DNA of 32,000 bases. Origin: Sedimentisphaera cyanobacteriorum. GTDB taxonomy: Bacteria > Planctomycetota > Phycisphaerae > Sedimentisphaerales > Sedimentisphaeraceae. The stretch is from NCBI RefSeq assembly GCF_001997385.1, contig NZ_CP019633.1, positions 2,010,001 through 2,042,000 on the forward strand. Reading direction: 5' to 3'. The translations under genes and the position numbers were made by a program. Shown here in pieces: positions 1 to 9,536 of this stretch. The notes beneath the pieces are model-generated. The model made no database searches. It was given only the letters and a program-made list of their open reading frames with translations, and was not told where the DNA came from. The number at the start of each line of letters is the position of its first letter. The stretch's first letter is position 1.

Positions 1-165
1 GATCCGTTTTCTTTAAGCAGCTACACTCACGAATTACCTGAATATAAAAATATATGGGATGAGAACAGAAAAGAGGGCAGGAAAAAAATAGATTATGAAA
101 GCATTATTAACGATGAGGAAATGAAGGAGATAATTGTGGATGACCAGTCTGCTTGGGATTTTTGA
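1..165 (+). CDS. 3' end of an unidentified CDS entering from upstream of the window (partial)
   Basis: Frame 1 is open from base 1 to the TGA at 163-165 (...NDEEMKEIIVDDQSAWDF*). The stop overlaps the next ATG (TGATG). No recognisable motif. The stretch is visibly AT-rich. Confidence 0.3.
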   Translation, partial: DPFSLSSYTHELPEYKNIWDENRKEGRKKIDYESIINDEEMKEIIVDDQSAWDF

Positions 166-416
166 TGGACTTGCCAGAATCTTTAACAATAGATAAAATT
201 CTCAACACACCTGGCGCCGCTTTCAGAGCAGTGCTTCAAGAAGAAAACGAAAAGTTCAGGTTTTATTTCATAGCAAACTCAGACCCGCAAAATCAAGATA
301 AATTATTGATGCTTACTGCCACATCCCGCATAGAAAGTGTAAGGAAAAAATTTCCGAAAGAAGTGCTTGTGCTTATAAAAAAAGCGATTTCCCCCAGCTT
401 GAAGAGGATTCATTGA
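165..416 (+). CDS. hypothetical small protein (about 84 aa)
   Basis: ORF track 153..416. An in-frame ATG at 165 overlaps the upstream stop by 1 nt. AT-rich. No family recognised. Confidence 0.35.
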   Translation: MDLPESLTIDKILNTPGAAFRAVLQEENEKFRFYFIANSDPQNQDKLLMLTATSRIESVRKKFPKEVLVLIKKAISPSLKRIH

Positions 417-607
417 TTAATTGTGAGATGGCAAAAGTGAAATTGAAATCACAGCTCAGAGATAGTCTATTAAAGGCTAACGATAACGGCAATTTGCTGT
501 TCTTAGCCCCGCTTCCTGAATCGCTTCTTGTAAAAGTGCGTACATCGATCGCAAAGTGCAAAACAATTCCTCCAATAGACAAAAGACTTGCAATTGCTGA
601 AGAGTGA
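413..607 (+). CDS. hypothetical small protein (64 aa from TTG 413, or 59 aa from ATG 428)
   Basis: ORF track 413..607. TTG 413 overlaps the TGA 414-416 of the preceding ORF. No family recognised. Confidence 0.3.
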   Translation: MINCEMAKVKLKSQLRDSLLKANDNGNLLFLAPLPESLLVKVRTSIAKCKTIPPIDKRLAIAEE

Positions 608-627
608 ATATTCCTGCGCTGTTAATT

Positions 628-1488
628 TCAGCCCTTTTCCTTGTAGTGCGGTTTTTGAGCCCATTTAAGTTTGTATGCCAGCACGTCCCATTCGGTTTTA
701 TCGGGGTTGCTGATTATCTCGAAATTTTGCGGGCTTTTTTCAATTTTAATGCTCTCAACGTCATTTAGCTCGGCAATGTTTTGCCCGTCTGCATTTACAG
801 AAGAGCCCTCGTTCACCGAGAGAGGGTATATATGAATCACCTTCCTCGAATCCACCACCACCGGCCTGAAGCTCAGCGAATGGGGATTGAGCGGGGTAAT
901 GCAAACCGCCTCTACATCGTTTGATATAATCGGCCCGCCCGCTGAGAGGTTGTATGCTGTTGAGCCTGTGGGGGTGCAAACAACGATTCCGTCGCCAACG
1001 CAGCTTGTTACCGGGCTGGAATTGACCTCGATTTCCATTTCAATCGTGTTGAATGGCCGCCCGGAGTTTATTGCTATGTCGTTAAGTGCGCATGCCGTCT
1101 CCACTGTACCGTCTTTTTTCACCGTCTCGCAGTTTATCAGCTGTTTCTTCTCAACAGCGAATCGGCCTTTGAAAATCTGGTCGAAATGCTTCTCGAGATG
1201 TTCTAAGCTGAATTCTGCGAGGAATCCGAGCCTTCCCATATTTATCCCCGCAGCGGGTATTCCCGCTCCGAGAAGGCTGTGTGCTGCGTGCAGGATAGAC
1301 CCATCCCCGCCTATTACAACAGCGATATCGGCAATGCCGGCAAAGTCTGCGCAGTTTTTTCTGCCGAAGCAGTTTTCGAGAATTTCCGCTTTGCCCTCGG
1401 CGAACTTCCTGAACACTTCAACCGCCTCGGCGGATTCTTTCCTTTTTATGTCTGCAAAATATATCAGCTTCATAAGGAGTACTTTCAT
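628..1488 (-). CDS. nadK: NAD(+) kinase
   Basis: Motifs VIGGDGSILHAA (GGDG), NMGRLGFLAE, ALNDIAI and DGIVVCTPTGSTAYNLSAGGPII. The track ORF extends to 1614, but the N-terminal 42 aa look non-native. The likely start is ATG 1488 (MKVLLMKLIYF) or ATG 1473. Confidence 0.9.
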   Translation of the reverse strand: MKVLLMKLIYFADIKRKESAEAVEVFRKFAEGKAEILENCFGRKNCADFAGIADIAVVIGGDGSILHAAHSLLGAGIPAAGINMGRLGFLAEFSLEHLEKHFDQIFKGRFAVEKKQLINCETVKKDGTVETACALNDIAINSGRPFNTIEMEIEVNSSPVTSCVGDGIVVCTPTGSTAYNLSAGGPIISNDVEAVCITPLNPHSLSFRPVVVDSRKVIHIYPLSVNEGSSVNADGQNIAELNDVESIKIEKSPQNFEIISNPDKTEWDVLAYKLKWAQKPHYKEKG

Positions 1489-1699
1489 TAAAGAGAAAGT
1501 TTTGTACAAACTTTTCTGATTATATAAAATCCACCCTTTCAAATAAAGCTTTTTTATCCGCCCAGTTCTGATTTTTCTCTTCAGCATTAGCGTGCGTACG
1601 AATTTCGGCGCCAATTGCTTGCAATTCCGAGAGTATAGTATATATTCGATATTGTGTTACAAATGGAATTAACCAGCTTTGTTTTAAGGCTTAGATATT

Positions 1700-1972
1700 A
1701 TGATATGTAAAAAATGCGGCAAAAGAATCGGCGATACAGATAAATACTGCCCCGAATGCGGCACAGCTCAGTACGGAAAGCGAGAATCGAATATCCCGCA
1801 AAAAAGCGAAGACAAGCTCCCCGAGAGGTTCAGGGAAGTTGTTAAAACCATTCTTACCGCTTCAATAATAATGCTGATTTTCTGGATTATAATCAGGCAG
1901 CCTCGTATAATGGTAATAGCGGCGATTTTCAGCCTGATAACCTTTTTTCTGATCAGGATAAACAAACGTTAG
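1700..1972 (+). CDS. zinc-ribbon domain membrane protein
   Basis: N-terminal CKKCG...CPECG zinc ribbon followed by two hydrophobic stretches (ILTASIIMLIFWIII, MVIAAIFSLITFFLI). Confidence 0.55.
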   Translation: MICKKCGKRIGDTDKYCPECGTAQYGKRESNIPQKSEDKLPERFREVVKTILTASIIMLIFWIIIRQPRIMVIAAIFSLITFFLIRINKR

Positions 1973-1982
1973 GGAGATAGGG

Positions 1983-2357
1983 TTGAGTTCGATTGACAGA
2001 GATAAATTCGCCCGCCACTGCGGCGTAGAGATATTAGAAACAGCAGACGGGTATGCCAAGGCCAGGATGAAAATAGCAAACGAGCACCTCAACGGGCTCG
2101 ATATGACCCACGGCGGGGCTCTTTTCACGCTCGCAGATACAACGTTTGCAGCCGCTGCCAACACGCACGATTTTGATGCGGTTGCTGTGAATGCCAACGT
2201 TTCTTTCCTAAAGCCCACAACAGCAGGCGATGAGGTTGTAGCCGAGGCGCGGGAAGTTAACCCCCGCGGCAGGCTCGGCTGCGTGAAGGTGGATATTACA
2301 GACAGCAGCGGAGACACTGTGGCAGTGTTCGAAGGGCTTGCATACCGCAAATTTTGA
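1983..2357 (+). CDS. PaaI/hotdog-fold acyl-CoA thioesterase
   Basis: HGGALFTLADTTFAAAAN motif and a 124-aa size typical of the PaaI family. TTG start preceded by GGGAG. Confidence 0.8.
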   Translation: MSSIDRDKFARHCGVEILETADGYAKARMKIANEHLNGLDMTHGGALFTLADTTFAAAANTHDFDAVAVNANVSFLKPTTAGDEVVAEAREVNPRGRLGCVKVDITDSSGDTVAVFEGLAYRKF

Positions 2358-2372
2358 TTAAGGAGCAGTAAA

Positions 2373-3794
2373 TTGAAACGTCTTATTATTTTCCTTCTCG
2401 TACTTTCCGCTGTAAGCTTCGCAGATGCGGAGAAGTATTACGCTTTGTTTATGAATTCCGGCAAGAGCGGTTATATGCTCGAGAAGCAAACCCGCAGCGA
2501 CGGAAAAATCACAACCGAAAACAAAATCTTTATGGAGATGACAAGATTCGGCACAACACTTTCCATGGAAACGGTAATCGAGTATGTTGAAACAGCCGAT
2601 TTTGAGCCCAAAGAGATGAGCTACGAACTTAGCATGACCGGCACAACCGTTAGAAAGCATTTCACAATCAGAGATGGTCAGGTTAAGATCGTAACGGAAC
2701 GGGGCGTTTTTAAGGACGACTGGAACGAGGATATCCTCTTCCCTGCAGGCATCGAGCACAAGCTCTCCGGCGCAGAAATCTCTGAGGGCAGCGAGATAGA
2801 AATTATGAGCTTCGACCCGGAAACCGTAAGCCCTGTTCGAACGGTAATGAAGTTTGGCAGGAAGCAGGATACAAAGCTTCTCGGCGTTCCCCGAATGCTC
2901 TACAAGGTTCAGACTAGCGAAAACTACGTCGCCGGGGGCAGCACAGTAAACTCTGTGGGCTGGTGCGATGAAAAGGGCCAGCTTTACAAAACCACAGTGA
3001 ATATGATGGGCATAGAGCTGAGCTTCGTGCGGTGCAGCAGGGAGTTTGCCCTGAGCGAGAATGAATCAGTTGATTTGCTCGAGCAGACACTTTTGGAAAG
3101 CCCCTGCGAGCTTGAAAGCGATGATTTCCAACGCCCGATGGTATATACCCTAAAGCTCAATAACGACTCTTCCGGAATACCTTCAACCGGTATGCAGAAG
3201 AGCGAGAATCTGGGCGAAAATAAGTACCGCGTTACTGTTCACCCTTCACCATCACAAAGAAGAGTAAAGCTCAGCGAGGCCGAAAGAGAAAAGTACCTCA
3301 GCGAGACAGACTACGTGGATTACAAAAGCCCGGAGGTTCAAAAGCTGTTAGACAAAATCGACATGCCTGAGGGCGAACTTGCAAAGGCACGGAAGATTGA
3401 GGAATTTGTGCATAAATACATTGACAAAAAGAATCTTGCCACAGCCTATGCAAGGGCATCAGAGACAGCAGTGAACAAAACCGGAGACTGCACCGAGCAT
3501 TCGGTTCTCACGGCAGCTCTATGCAGAGCAGCGGGGATCCCGTGCAAGGCAGCGGGCGGGCTCGTGCATACTATGCAGTTCTTCGGAGAGAATAAATTCG
3601 GCTTTCACGCTTGGAACGAGGCCTTCGCAGGCGGCAAGTGGGTAGGCCTTGATGCAGCAATAGGCAAAAACGGCTTCGACAGCTCCCATATCAAGCTCGT
3701 GGAAGGCAAGGGCGAGATTATAGATTTCTTCGGAATTATCAACGGTGTGGAAATTCTTGAGTGCAGCAGGGGCGATAAGCCGGAGGGCGAATAG
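2373..3794 (+). CDS. secreted transglutaminase-like cysteine protease-fold protein
   Basis: Signal peptide MKRLIIFLLVLSAVSFADA. C-terminal transglutaminase core TGDCTEHSVL...GFHAWNEAF...GLDAA (Cys-His-Asp). AAGGAG lies 7 nt before the TTG start. Confidence 0.8.
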   Translation: MKRLIIFLLVLSAVSFADAEKYYALFMNSGKSGYMLEKQTRSDGKITTENKIFMEMTRFGTTLSMETVIEYVETADFEPKEMSYELSMTGTTVRKHFTIRDGQVKIVTERGVFKDDWNEDILFPAGIEHKLSGAEISEGSEIEIMSFDPETVSPVRTVMKFGRKQDTKLLGVPRMLYKVQTSENYVAGGSTVNSVGWCDEKGQLYKTTVNMMGIELSFVRCSREFALSENESVDLLEQTLLESPCELESDDFQRPMVYTLKLNNDSSGIPSTGMQKSENLGENKYRVTVHPSPSQRRVKLSEAEREKYLSETDYVDYKSPEVQKLLDKIDMPEGELAKARKIEEFVHKYIDKKNLATAYARASETAVNKTGDCTEHSVLTAALCRAAGIPCKAAGGLVHTMQFFGENKFGFHAWNEAFAGGKWVGLDAAIGKNGFDSSHIKLVEGKGEIIDFFGIINGVEILECSRGDKPEGE

Positions 3795-3833
3795 AAAGCA
3801 TATCACGTAAATCAGGGCAAAATCGGGGGAAAT

Positions 3834-4862
3834 TTGGGTAAAGAAGTTTGTATAGCAATGAGCGGCGGGGTGGACAGCTCTGCTGCTGCTGCCCTTTTGC
3901 GCAGTGAAGGGTTCAAGTGTTTCGGCGTGTTTATGATCACCCACGAGAAAAGCGGCAATGATAGAGAAGACGCCGAAAAGATGGCTGAGAAGCTGGGCAT
4001 CAAACTGCACGTGGTTGACCTTCGGGATTCTTTCAAGCGGGTTATGGATTATTTTGTGGAGGAGTATAAGCGGGGCAGAACGCCCAACCCCTGCGTTTAC
4101 TGCAACAGAATCATCAAATTCGGCGAGCTTTTCGATTATGCAAGGCAGCACGGGGCTGAGTATTTCGCAACAGGCCATTACATCCATCAGAAAAACGGCC
4201 GGATATACGCAGGCATCGACGAGAAAAAGGAGCAGTCTTACATACTCTCTATGGTTGACAGGAATGTATTGTCGAGGGTTCTCTTCCCTCTCGGGCTGAA
4301 GAAAAAACAGCAGATACGCAAGATTGCCAGAGACCTCGGGCTTGAGGTGCATGATAAGCCAGACTCGCAGGAGATATGCTTCATCAGCGAAGAGAACTAC
4401 TTCGACCGTCTTGAAAGAGAGCGGCCGGATATTGTAAAAAAGGGCAGCGTTTACGACACGGAAGGCAATCTTCTCGGCAGCCATGAAGGCATACACCGCT
4501 ACACTATCGGCAAGCGAAGGGGGCTCGGGATTGCTCTTGGCAAGCCGATGTATGTGGTGGATATAAACAGCGAAACGAATACCGTTGTGCTGGGGGAGAG
4601 GGAAGACCTGCTGAATGACAGGATAGTCGCAGAGGATTTAAACTGGCTTACAGAGCCGATATACGAGGAGTTTGAGGCGAGGGTGAAGATACGATACAAC
4701 AGCCCTCCCGCTGAGGCAAGGGTTTATCAAACTGCCGGCCGGCTGCATATTGAATTTGCCGAGCCTGTAAGCGCTGCCACCCCCGGACAGGCGGCTGCGG
4801 TTTATGTGCCTGAAGGCGATAAGCTCGTCCTCGCTGCTGGGGGATGGATTGGCAGGAATTAA
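3834..4862 (+). CDS. mnmA: tRNA 2-thiouridine(34) synthase MnmA
   Basis: PP-loop AMSGGVDSS, RTPNPCVYCNRIIKF and ATGHY motifs. Length 342 aa. Confidence 0.92.
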   Translation: MGKEVCIAMSGGVDSSAAAALLRSEGFKCFGVFMITHEKSGNDREDAEKMAEKLGIKLHVVDLRDSFKRVMDYFVEEYKRGRTPNPCVYCNRIIKFGELFDYARQHGAEYFATGHYIHQKNGRIYAGIDEKKEQSYILSMVDRNVLSRVLFPLGLKKKQQIRKIARDLGLEVHDKPDSQEICFISEENYFDRLERERPDIVKKGSVYDTEGNLLGSHEGIHRYTIGKRRGLGIALGKPMYVVDINSETNTVVLGEREDLLNDRIVAEDLNWLTEPIYEEFEARVKIRYNSPPAEARVYQTAGRLHIEFAEPVSAATPGQAAAVYVPEGDKLVLAAGGWIGRN

Positions 4863-4879
4863 AACCTGCGGGCAGAGAG

Positions 4880-5329
4880 CTAAGCCTGCATCTGAGAGAG
4901 CGATTTTACCATACATACCGCCTCCCCGGGCGGGGTGTCTGTAAACTGGGTGAACTTTTCGATATCACTGCTGGTTTTGTCTCTGTTTATCCGTTGGTAG
5001 CCAAGGGCGGGGAAATAATCAGGAGCTGTTTTGGTTAGCAGGTACAGATCAGCGATGCCCTTCTCGGCGCAGATCCGCTCAATCCGGCTTACAAGCGCTC
5101 TTCCCAGACCTCTGCCTTTGGCCTCATTGCAAACTGCAAGCGAGCGGAGCAGGCCGTCTGCGCCGGAGAGCTCAAAGCCGGCAGTACCCAGAGCCCTGCC
5201 TTCGTTATCTTCGGCTATAATGAAGTTTTCGGCCTTCTGCTCTGTTAAATCGTAACTCGGCAGGCCTGCCTGAGCAACGATTGATCTGATAAGGCTTAAA
5301 TCTTTTCTAACCGCTCTTCTGAATTTCAT
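4880..5329 (-). CDS. GNAT family N-acetyltransferase (ArsN2/N-acetylglutamate-synthase-like)
   Basis: Acetyl-CoA motif A, AKGRGLGRALVSRIE. The track ORF reaches 5350 (TTG). ATG at 5329 (MKFRRAV) is preferred. Confidence 0.8.
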   Translation of the reverse strand: MKFRRAVRKDLSLIRSIVAQAGLPSYDLTEQKAENFIIAEDNEGRALGTAGFELSGADGLLRSLAVCNEAKGRGLGRALVSRIERICAEKGIADLYLLTKTAPDYFPALGYQRINRDKTSSDIEKFTQFTDTPPGEAVCMVKSLSQMQA

Positions 5330-5403
5330 AACTGCCCCGAATATTTTCAAAACTTTTTGCGTTTATATAATTGGCAATAGCCGCTTATTTTCAAGCATTT
5401 TCC

Positions 5404-5440
5404 AAAAAAGAGAAGGCAGACCATACAGCCTGCCTTTTTG
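5404..5440 (-). terminator. rho-independent terminator downstream of the GH31 gene (bidirectional shape)
   Basis: The 7-bp stem AAGGCAG (5413-5419) pairs with CTGCCTT (5430-5436) around a 10-nt loop. An A-run lies on the low side (a T-run on the minus strand) and a T-run on the high side. Confidence 0.5.
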
Positions 5441-5467
5441 GGGTTTTATTGTTTGCCAAAACCGCTG

Positions 5468-8056
5468 CTACTCAAATGTGATTTTCACGTTCCGGCTTTG
5501 ATAAACGCTTTCCTTGGGCAGAGTGATTACAAATATATCGCCGTCCGGGCTGCCTGCTTCAACGGCGAAAGGCATCTTTGCAGAATCTTTTTCTTCGAGC
5601 TGCCAGCTTATCTGTTTCCCGTCTGCGAGTACCCTGCTTATTGTTTTAACGCCTTCAGGTTTATGGATGCGCAGTTTCCAGCTTCTTTCCTTGAGGGAGT
5701 TCTGGAATGTACCGTCTGCCTCAGAGATCTTCACATCCAGAACTTTTCCGCCGTTTTCCGGCTTGCAGGAGAAGGCGGTTTCCCTGCAGAAGCCTTGTTT
5801 GTAGTCCCTGCTCATACGGTCGTCTTCGTAGAGCTGGGCTTTTGCAGCGGTCTTAGAAGAGGGGTAGATATCAAGGGTTATCGGATCCCACGGCTTTTTG
5901 GCGGTATCAAGCATATTCGGGGCAAGCGGAATAACTGATCCGCTGCGCACAAACAGCGGTACTGTTTCGAGGTTTAGCTCAGCTGAAACCGTTTTCCCGC
6001 CTTCAAGCACCTCGCCTGTGAATGCGTTGATCCATTCTCCCGGCGGAAGCCATAGCGAGCGTTTTGGACTGTCCTTCATAGGCTCGTAAACAGGGGCAAA
6101 GAGGATATTATCGCCAATCAGATACTGGTGATTTGTCTTTGCCTCTTCGAATTCAGGGTAGAGAAGGTCGCAGCGTTTCATAATCGGTTCGCCGGTTTCC
6201 CAGTTCTCTCTTGCTGCGGTATAAAGCACAGGCAGCAGCCGCATACGCATCTGCATAAACCTTCGCACTACTGATTCAGAGGGGTCATCATAAGTCCAAG
6301 GGGCTCTTGTCCATCTGTGGTTGCTGTGCAGGCGAAAGATCGGCGAAAGCGTTCCAAACTGAACCCACCTGCAGTACTGCTCTGTTGTGAGGTCTCCCAT
6401 ATGCCCGCCAACGTCTGTGCTGAGATACGGAAACGGCCCGTAAACGCCTGCAAACACAGCATTCCTTATCTCATCCTTCAGGGAGTTCCAGTGCGAGCGG
6501 GTGTCCCCTGTCCACTGGATTGAGTATCTGTGGGCGGCGATATTGGAAGGCCGGTTGATCTTGCCGTGGTCGATTCCGTCGTAGTTTGCCATAATCAGAG
6601 GTCTGCGGTGCGGGTAGTAGTCCCTCGTTACAGCATCGTAGATATACATCCCGAAAACTTCCTTAGCAATTCCATCAGGAGGAATTATGCAGGTGTGCCA
6701 GTTTCTGTCGAACCACCAGAAATCAAGGCCTATATCGAAAAGGCCTCTAAGCCCTTTATTACGGTAGTTCACTTCCTCCCGCTCAAGCGCCTCCGCCTGC
6801 GGTTCAGGGTGGTCGTTGAAAACGATTCTCTTGCCCATGCGGTGGGCATCCGAGATGAATTTTTCCATATCGGGAAAGAGCTTTTTGTTTATATCATACC
6901 CTATAGAAGCACCAACGCGCCAGTCTGTGTCAACTACGAAAACATCCAGAGGAATGTCCCTGGTCTGATACTTCTTTATCTTATTGACAGCATATTTCTG
7001 GGTATAGGCGTAGTATCTGCTGTCCCATCCGCCGAGGGCATAGAGAGGCACAAGATTTGTCCTGCCGGTAAGCTCGATAAAATCCTGCCTGAGCCTTTTC
7101 CAGTTTCCCTGCGGGAGGAAGACGTAGATATCTTCGGCATTATTGCTCATATCCCAGCCGTTGTTTTTCAAGCCTTCAGGAGCGGGGTTGTATTCCCACC
7201 TTGAAGGGACGTATCTGGGCTCATCTGCTATCATCCAGGCCTTTGTCTTTTCTGTGGGTTCGGGAAGGTATCTGCGGTTCCTGCTCTTCTTCTCGAGCCT
7301 CCAGTTTGCACTGTGCCAGCCGGTGAGCGGGGTGTCAGTATCGTTCTTTGTGTCTTTGGTATCGTATTCTACAAACCCCTCTTTATTTTCGATATGCAGG
7401 TAGTATTTTGGGTGAGCACGGTTTTTCAGCCTTGCAAACCCTCTGCCTGCGGGCTCTTGCTGCCATTGAGCCTGTTTGATGCTGGAAGGTTTCCCGCAGC
7501 AGACGAAATCTTCATCCTTATCGAGGTAGATATAATCGCCGGTGGCTTTGTTTTTGAGTATGAACCAATTCCCACTGCTCTCTTTTTTCCAGAGGAATTT
7601 ATCTGCATCTTCGTTTTCGGCATGTCCGAGCAGTTTGCCGCTGTCGTAGAAGAAGCCTCCCCCGCTGTTTGGCCAGCGGCATTCAATCGGGAAGTATTCT
7701 TCATCGCTGTCTTTGCTCCAGATTTTCCTGCCTGCAGAATCGGTTATATATGCTTTGTCCAGATTTCCTGCGTTTTGCGGAATATGAACGCTGTAGGCAG
7801 GGGTTTTAACGATTATATTGCCGTTTTCTGCACTCTTCTCGGCTTCGGCTCCGCCAATGTCCCTGTTTTGTATGTGGAATGTAGGTCGGTCTTCAAAGCC
7901 CTTCGGCCCCCGAACCTCCATACGCACAAGCGTTTCAGAGAGAGGCTGAATCCGTACATCGCCTGTAATAAAGCTCTTTGGAGCTGCAGAACAAACCGCA
8001 GCTATAGCACCAATAATCAAAATTGATGCCGAGAATTTCTGTAAATTGTAAGTCAT
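5468..8056 (-). CDS. secreted glycoside hydrolase family 31 enzyme with an internal beta-trefoil-like insert
   Basis: Signal peptide MTYNLQKFSASILIIGAIAAVCSA. GH31-type motifs FVVDTDWR, WWFDRNW, QWTGDTRSHWNSL and STDVGGH. AAGGAGG RBS. The start overlaps the sulfatase stop (ATGA). Confidence 0.85.
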   Translation of the reverse strand: MTYNLQKFSASILIIGAIAAVCSAAPKSFITGDVRIQPLSETLVRMEVRGPKGFEDRPTFHIQNRDIGGAEAEKSAENGNIIVKTPAYSVHIPQNAGNLDKAYITDSAGRKIWSKDSDEEYFPIECRWPNSGGGFFYDSGKLLGHAENEDADKFLWKKESSGNWFILKNKATGDYIYLDKDEDFVCCGKPSSIKQAQWQQEPAGRGFARLKNRAHPKYYLHIENKEGFVEYDTKDTKNDTDTPLTGWHSANWRLEKKSRNRRYLPEPTEKTKAWMIADEPRYVPSRWEYNPAPEGLKNNGWDMSNNAEDIYVFLPQGNWKRLRQDFIELTGRTNLVPLYALGGWDSRYYAYTQKYAVNKIKKYQTRDIPLDVFVVDTDWRVGASIGYDINKKLFPDMEKFISDAHRMGKRIVFNDHPEPQAEALEREEVNYRNKGLRGLFDIGLDFWWFDRNWHTCIIPPDGIAKEVFGMYIYDAVTRDYYPHRRPLIMANYDGIDHGKINRPSNIAAHRYSIQWTGDTRSHWNSLKDEIRNAVFAGVYGPFPYLSTDVGGHMGDLTTEQYCRWVQFGTLSPIFRLHSNHRWTRAPWTYDDPSESVVRRFMQMRMRLLPVLYTAARENWETGEPIMKRCDLLYPEFEEAKTNHQYLIGDNILFAPVYEPMKDSPKRSLWLPPGEWINAFTGEVLEGGKTVSAELNLETVPLFVRSGSVIPLAPNMLDTAKKPWDPITLDIYPSSKTAAKAQLYEDDRMSRDYKQGFCRETAFSCKPENGGKVLDVKISEADGTFQNSLKERSWKLRIHKPEGVKTISRVLADGKQISWQLEEKDSAKMPFAVEAGSPDGDIFVITLPKESVYQSRNVKITFE

Positions 8057-9519
8057 ATCTTTTTGCCTCCTTTGAAGTTTTTAATGAATTCGGTGTCTTT
8101 GTATTTCACCTGAAGCCTTTTCAGCTCAGCCTTTAGCCTTTTCACAAGAGACTGATATTCGGCTTTGCCGTAGAGATTGTTAAGTTCGTTGGGGTCTTTC
8201 TCTAAGTCGTAGAGCTCCCAGCAGTCTATATCGAAGTAGAAGTGAATGAGCTTGTAGCGTTTTGTTCGTATGCCGTAATGCCTTTTCACCTGATGCACTG
8301 CGGGGTATTCGTAGTAATGGTAATAAACGGCATCCCGCCAGTTATCCGGCTCGCTGCCTTTCAGAATAGGGACGAAGCTTTCGCCCTGAATATCGCCGGG
8401 TATATCCAGCCCTGCGGCATCGAGGAAAGTGGGGGCGAAATCCAGATTCATCACCATCGAATCGGTAACTCTGCCCGGCTTTATGTGCCTTGGCCAGCGC
8501 ATAAGAAGAGGCATCCTTAGCGACTCCTCATACATAAAGCGTTTGTCGAACCAGCCGTGTTCACCAAGGAAGAAACCCTGATCGGAGGTGTATATGATTA
8601 TTGTATTTTCTTCGAGCCCGCTTTTTTTGAGATAGTCAAGCAGTCTTCCGATATTATCATCGATCGAGGCGATGCAGGCGAGGTAGTCTTCCATATACCT
8701 GCGGTAGTTCCAGTGTTTGCGTTCTTCCTTGGTGAGCCCTTTGGGCGGGGTTTTCTTCAAGTCCCATTTGCGCAGGTGATTTAGAATTGTCATTTCGCTT
8801 TCCTCTGCCGCAGCGCAGCGGGTGGAGTAGTCGTCGTCGAAAGTCTCTGGTACGGGGATTTCTTTGTCCTCATACATCCCCTTGTGTTTTTCATCTGGAT
8901 GCCAGCTCCGGTGCGGGGCTTTATGATGGCTCATCAAAAAGAACGGCTTGTCTTTATTGCGGTTTTCGAGCCAGTCGATTGTGAAGTCTGTGATAAGGTC
9001 TGTTACGTAGCCCTTATACTTCTTCTTCCCCTTTTCTGTTTTGAAGACCGGGTCGTGGTATTTGCCCTGCCCGGGGAGCACCTCCCAGTGATCGAAGCCT
9101 GTCGGCTCGCTGCGAAGATGCCATTTGCCGATCATTGCAGTCTGATAGCCGCACTTGCGCATCAGCTTGGGCACTGTCTGCTGTGAGCCGTCGAAAGGCT
9201 CATTGTGCCTGTTGGTTGTCTTGCCGTTGATGTGGCTGTGTTTGCCTGTCAGGATTACCGCACGGCTCGGTGCGCAGATCGAATTTGTGCAGAAGCAGTT
9301 TTCAAACAGCATTCCCTCTTCTGCGATTCGGTCGAGGTTGGGGGTTTTGTTGCGATTGCTGCCGTAGCAGCTGAAGGCCTGCGAGGCGTGGTCATCGGCC
9401 ATAATGAATATAATATTCGGCCTTTTGGCTTTCTTTTCAGCCCCGATTAATGACGAACCGAAAGCAAGCGAGGCGCTCATAAGGCAGCCCGCCTTCAAAA
9501 ATTCTCTTCTGGATTTCAT
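8053..9519 (-). CDS. S1-family sulfatase (formylglycine-dependent) with Tat signal
   Basis: Tat motif SRREFLKAG. IIFIMADDH metal site. CAPSRAVILTGK (C-x-P-x-R formylglycine motif). AAGGAG lies 5 nt before the ATG. Confidence 0.9.
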   Translation of the reverse strand: MKSRREFLKAGCLMSASLAFGSSLIGAEKKAKRPNIIFIMADDHASQAFSCYGSNRNKTPNLDRIAEEGMLFENCFCTNSICAPSRAVILTGKHSHINGKTTNRHNEPFDGSQQTVPKLMRKCGYQTAMIGKWHLRSEPTGFDHWEVLPGQGKYHDPVFKTEKGKKKYKGYVTDLITDFTIDWLENRNKDKPFFLMSHHKAPHRSWHPDEKHKGMYEDKEIPVPETFDDDYSTRCAAAEESEMTILNHLRKWDLKKTPPKGLTKEERKHWNYRRYMEDYLACIASIDDNIGRLLDYLKKSGLEENTIIIYTSDQGFFLGEHGWFDKRFMYEESLRMPLLMRWPRHIKPGRVTDSMVMNLDFAPTFLDAAGLDIPGDIQGESFVPILKGSEPDNWRDAVYYHYYEYPAVHQVKRHYGIRTKRYKLIHFYFDIDCWELYDLEKDPNELNNLYGKAEYQSLVKRLKAELKRLQVKYKDTEFIKNFKGGKKI

Positions 9520-9536
9520 AATTTCTCCTTTTAATA

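Noticed and set aside
5438-8026. Multiple plus-strand ORFs of 60-240 aa overlapping the GH31 gene (5438-5938, 6530-7204, 7313-8026 and others).
   Set aside because: They are antisense to a well-supported GH31 CDS, carry no motifs and have hydrophobic, low-complexity translations. They are shadow ORFs.
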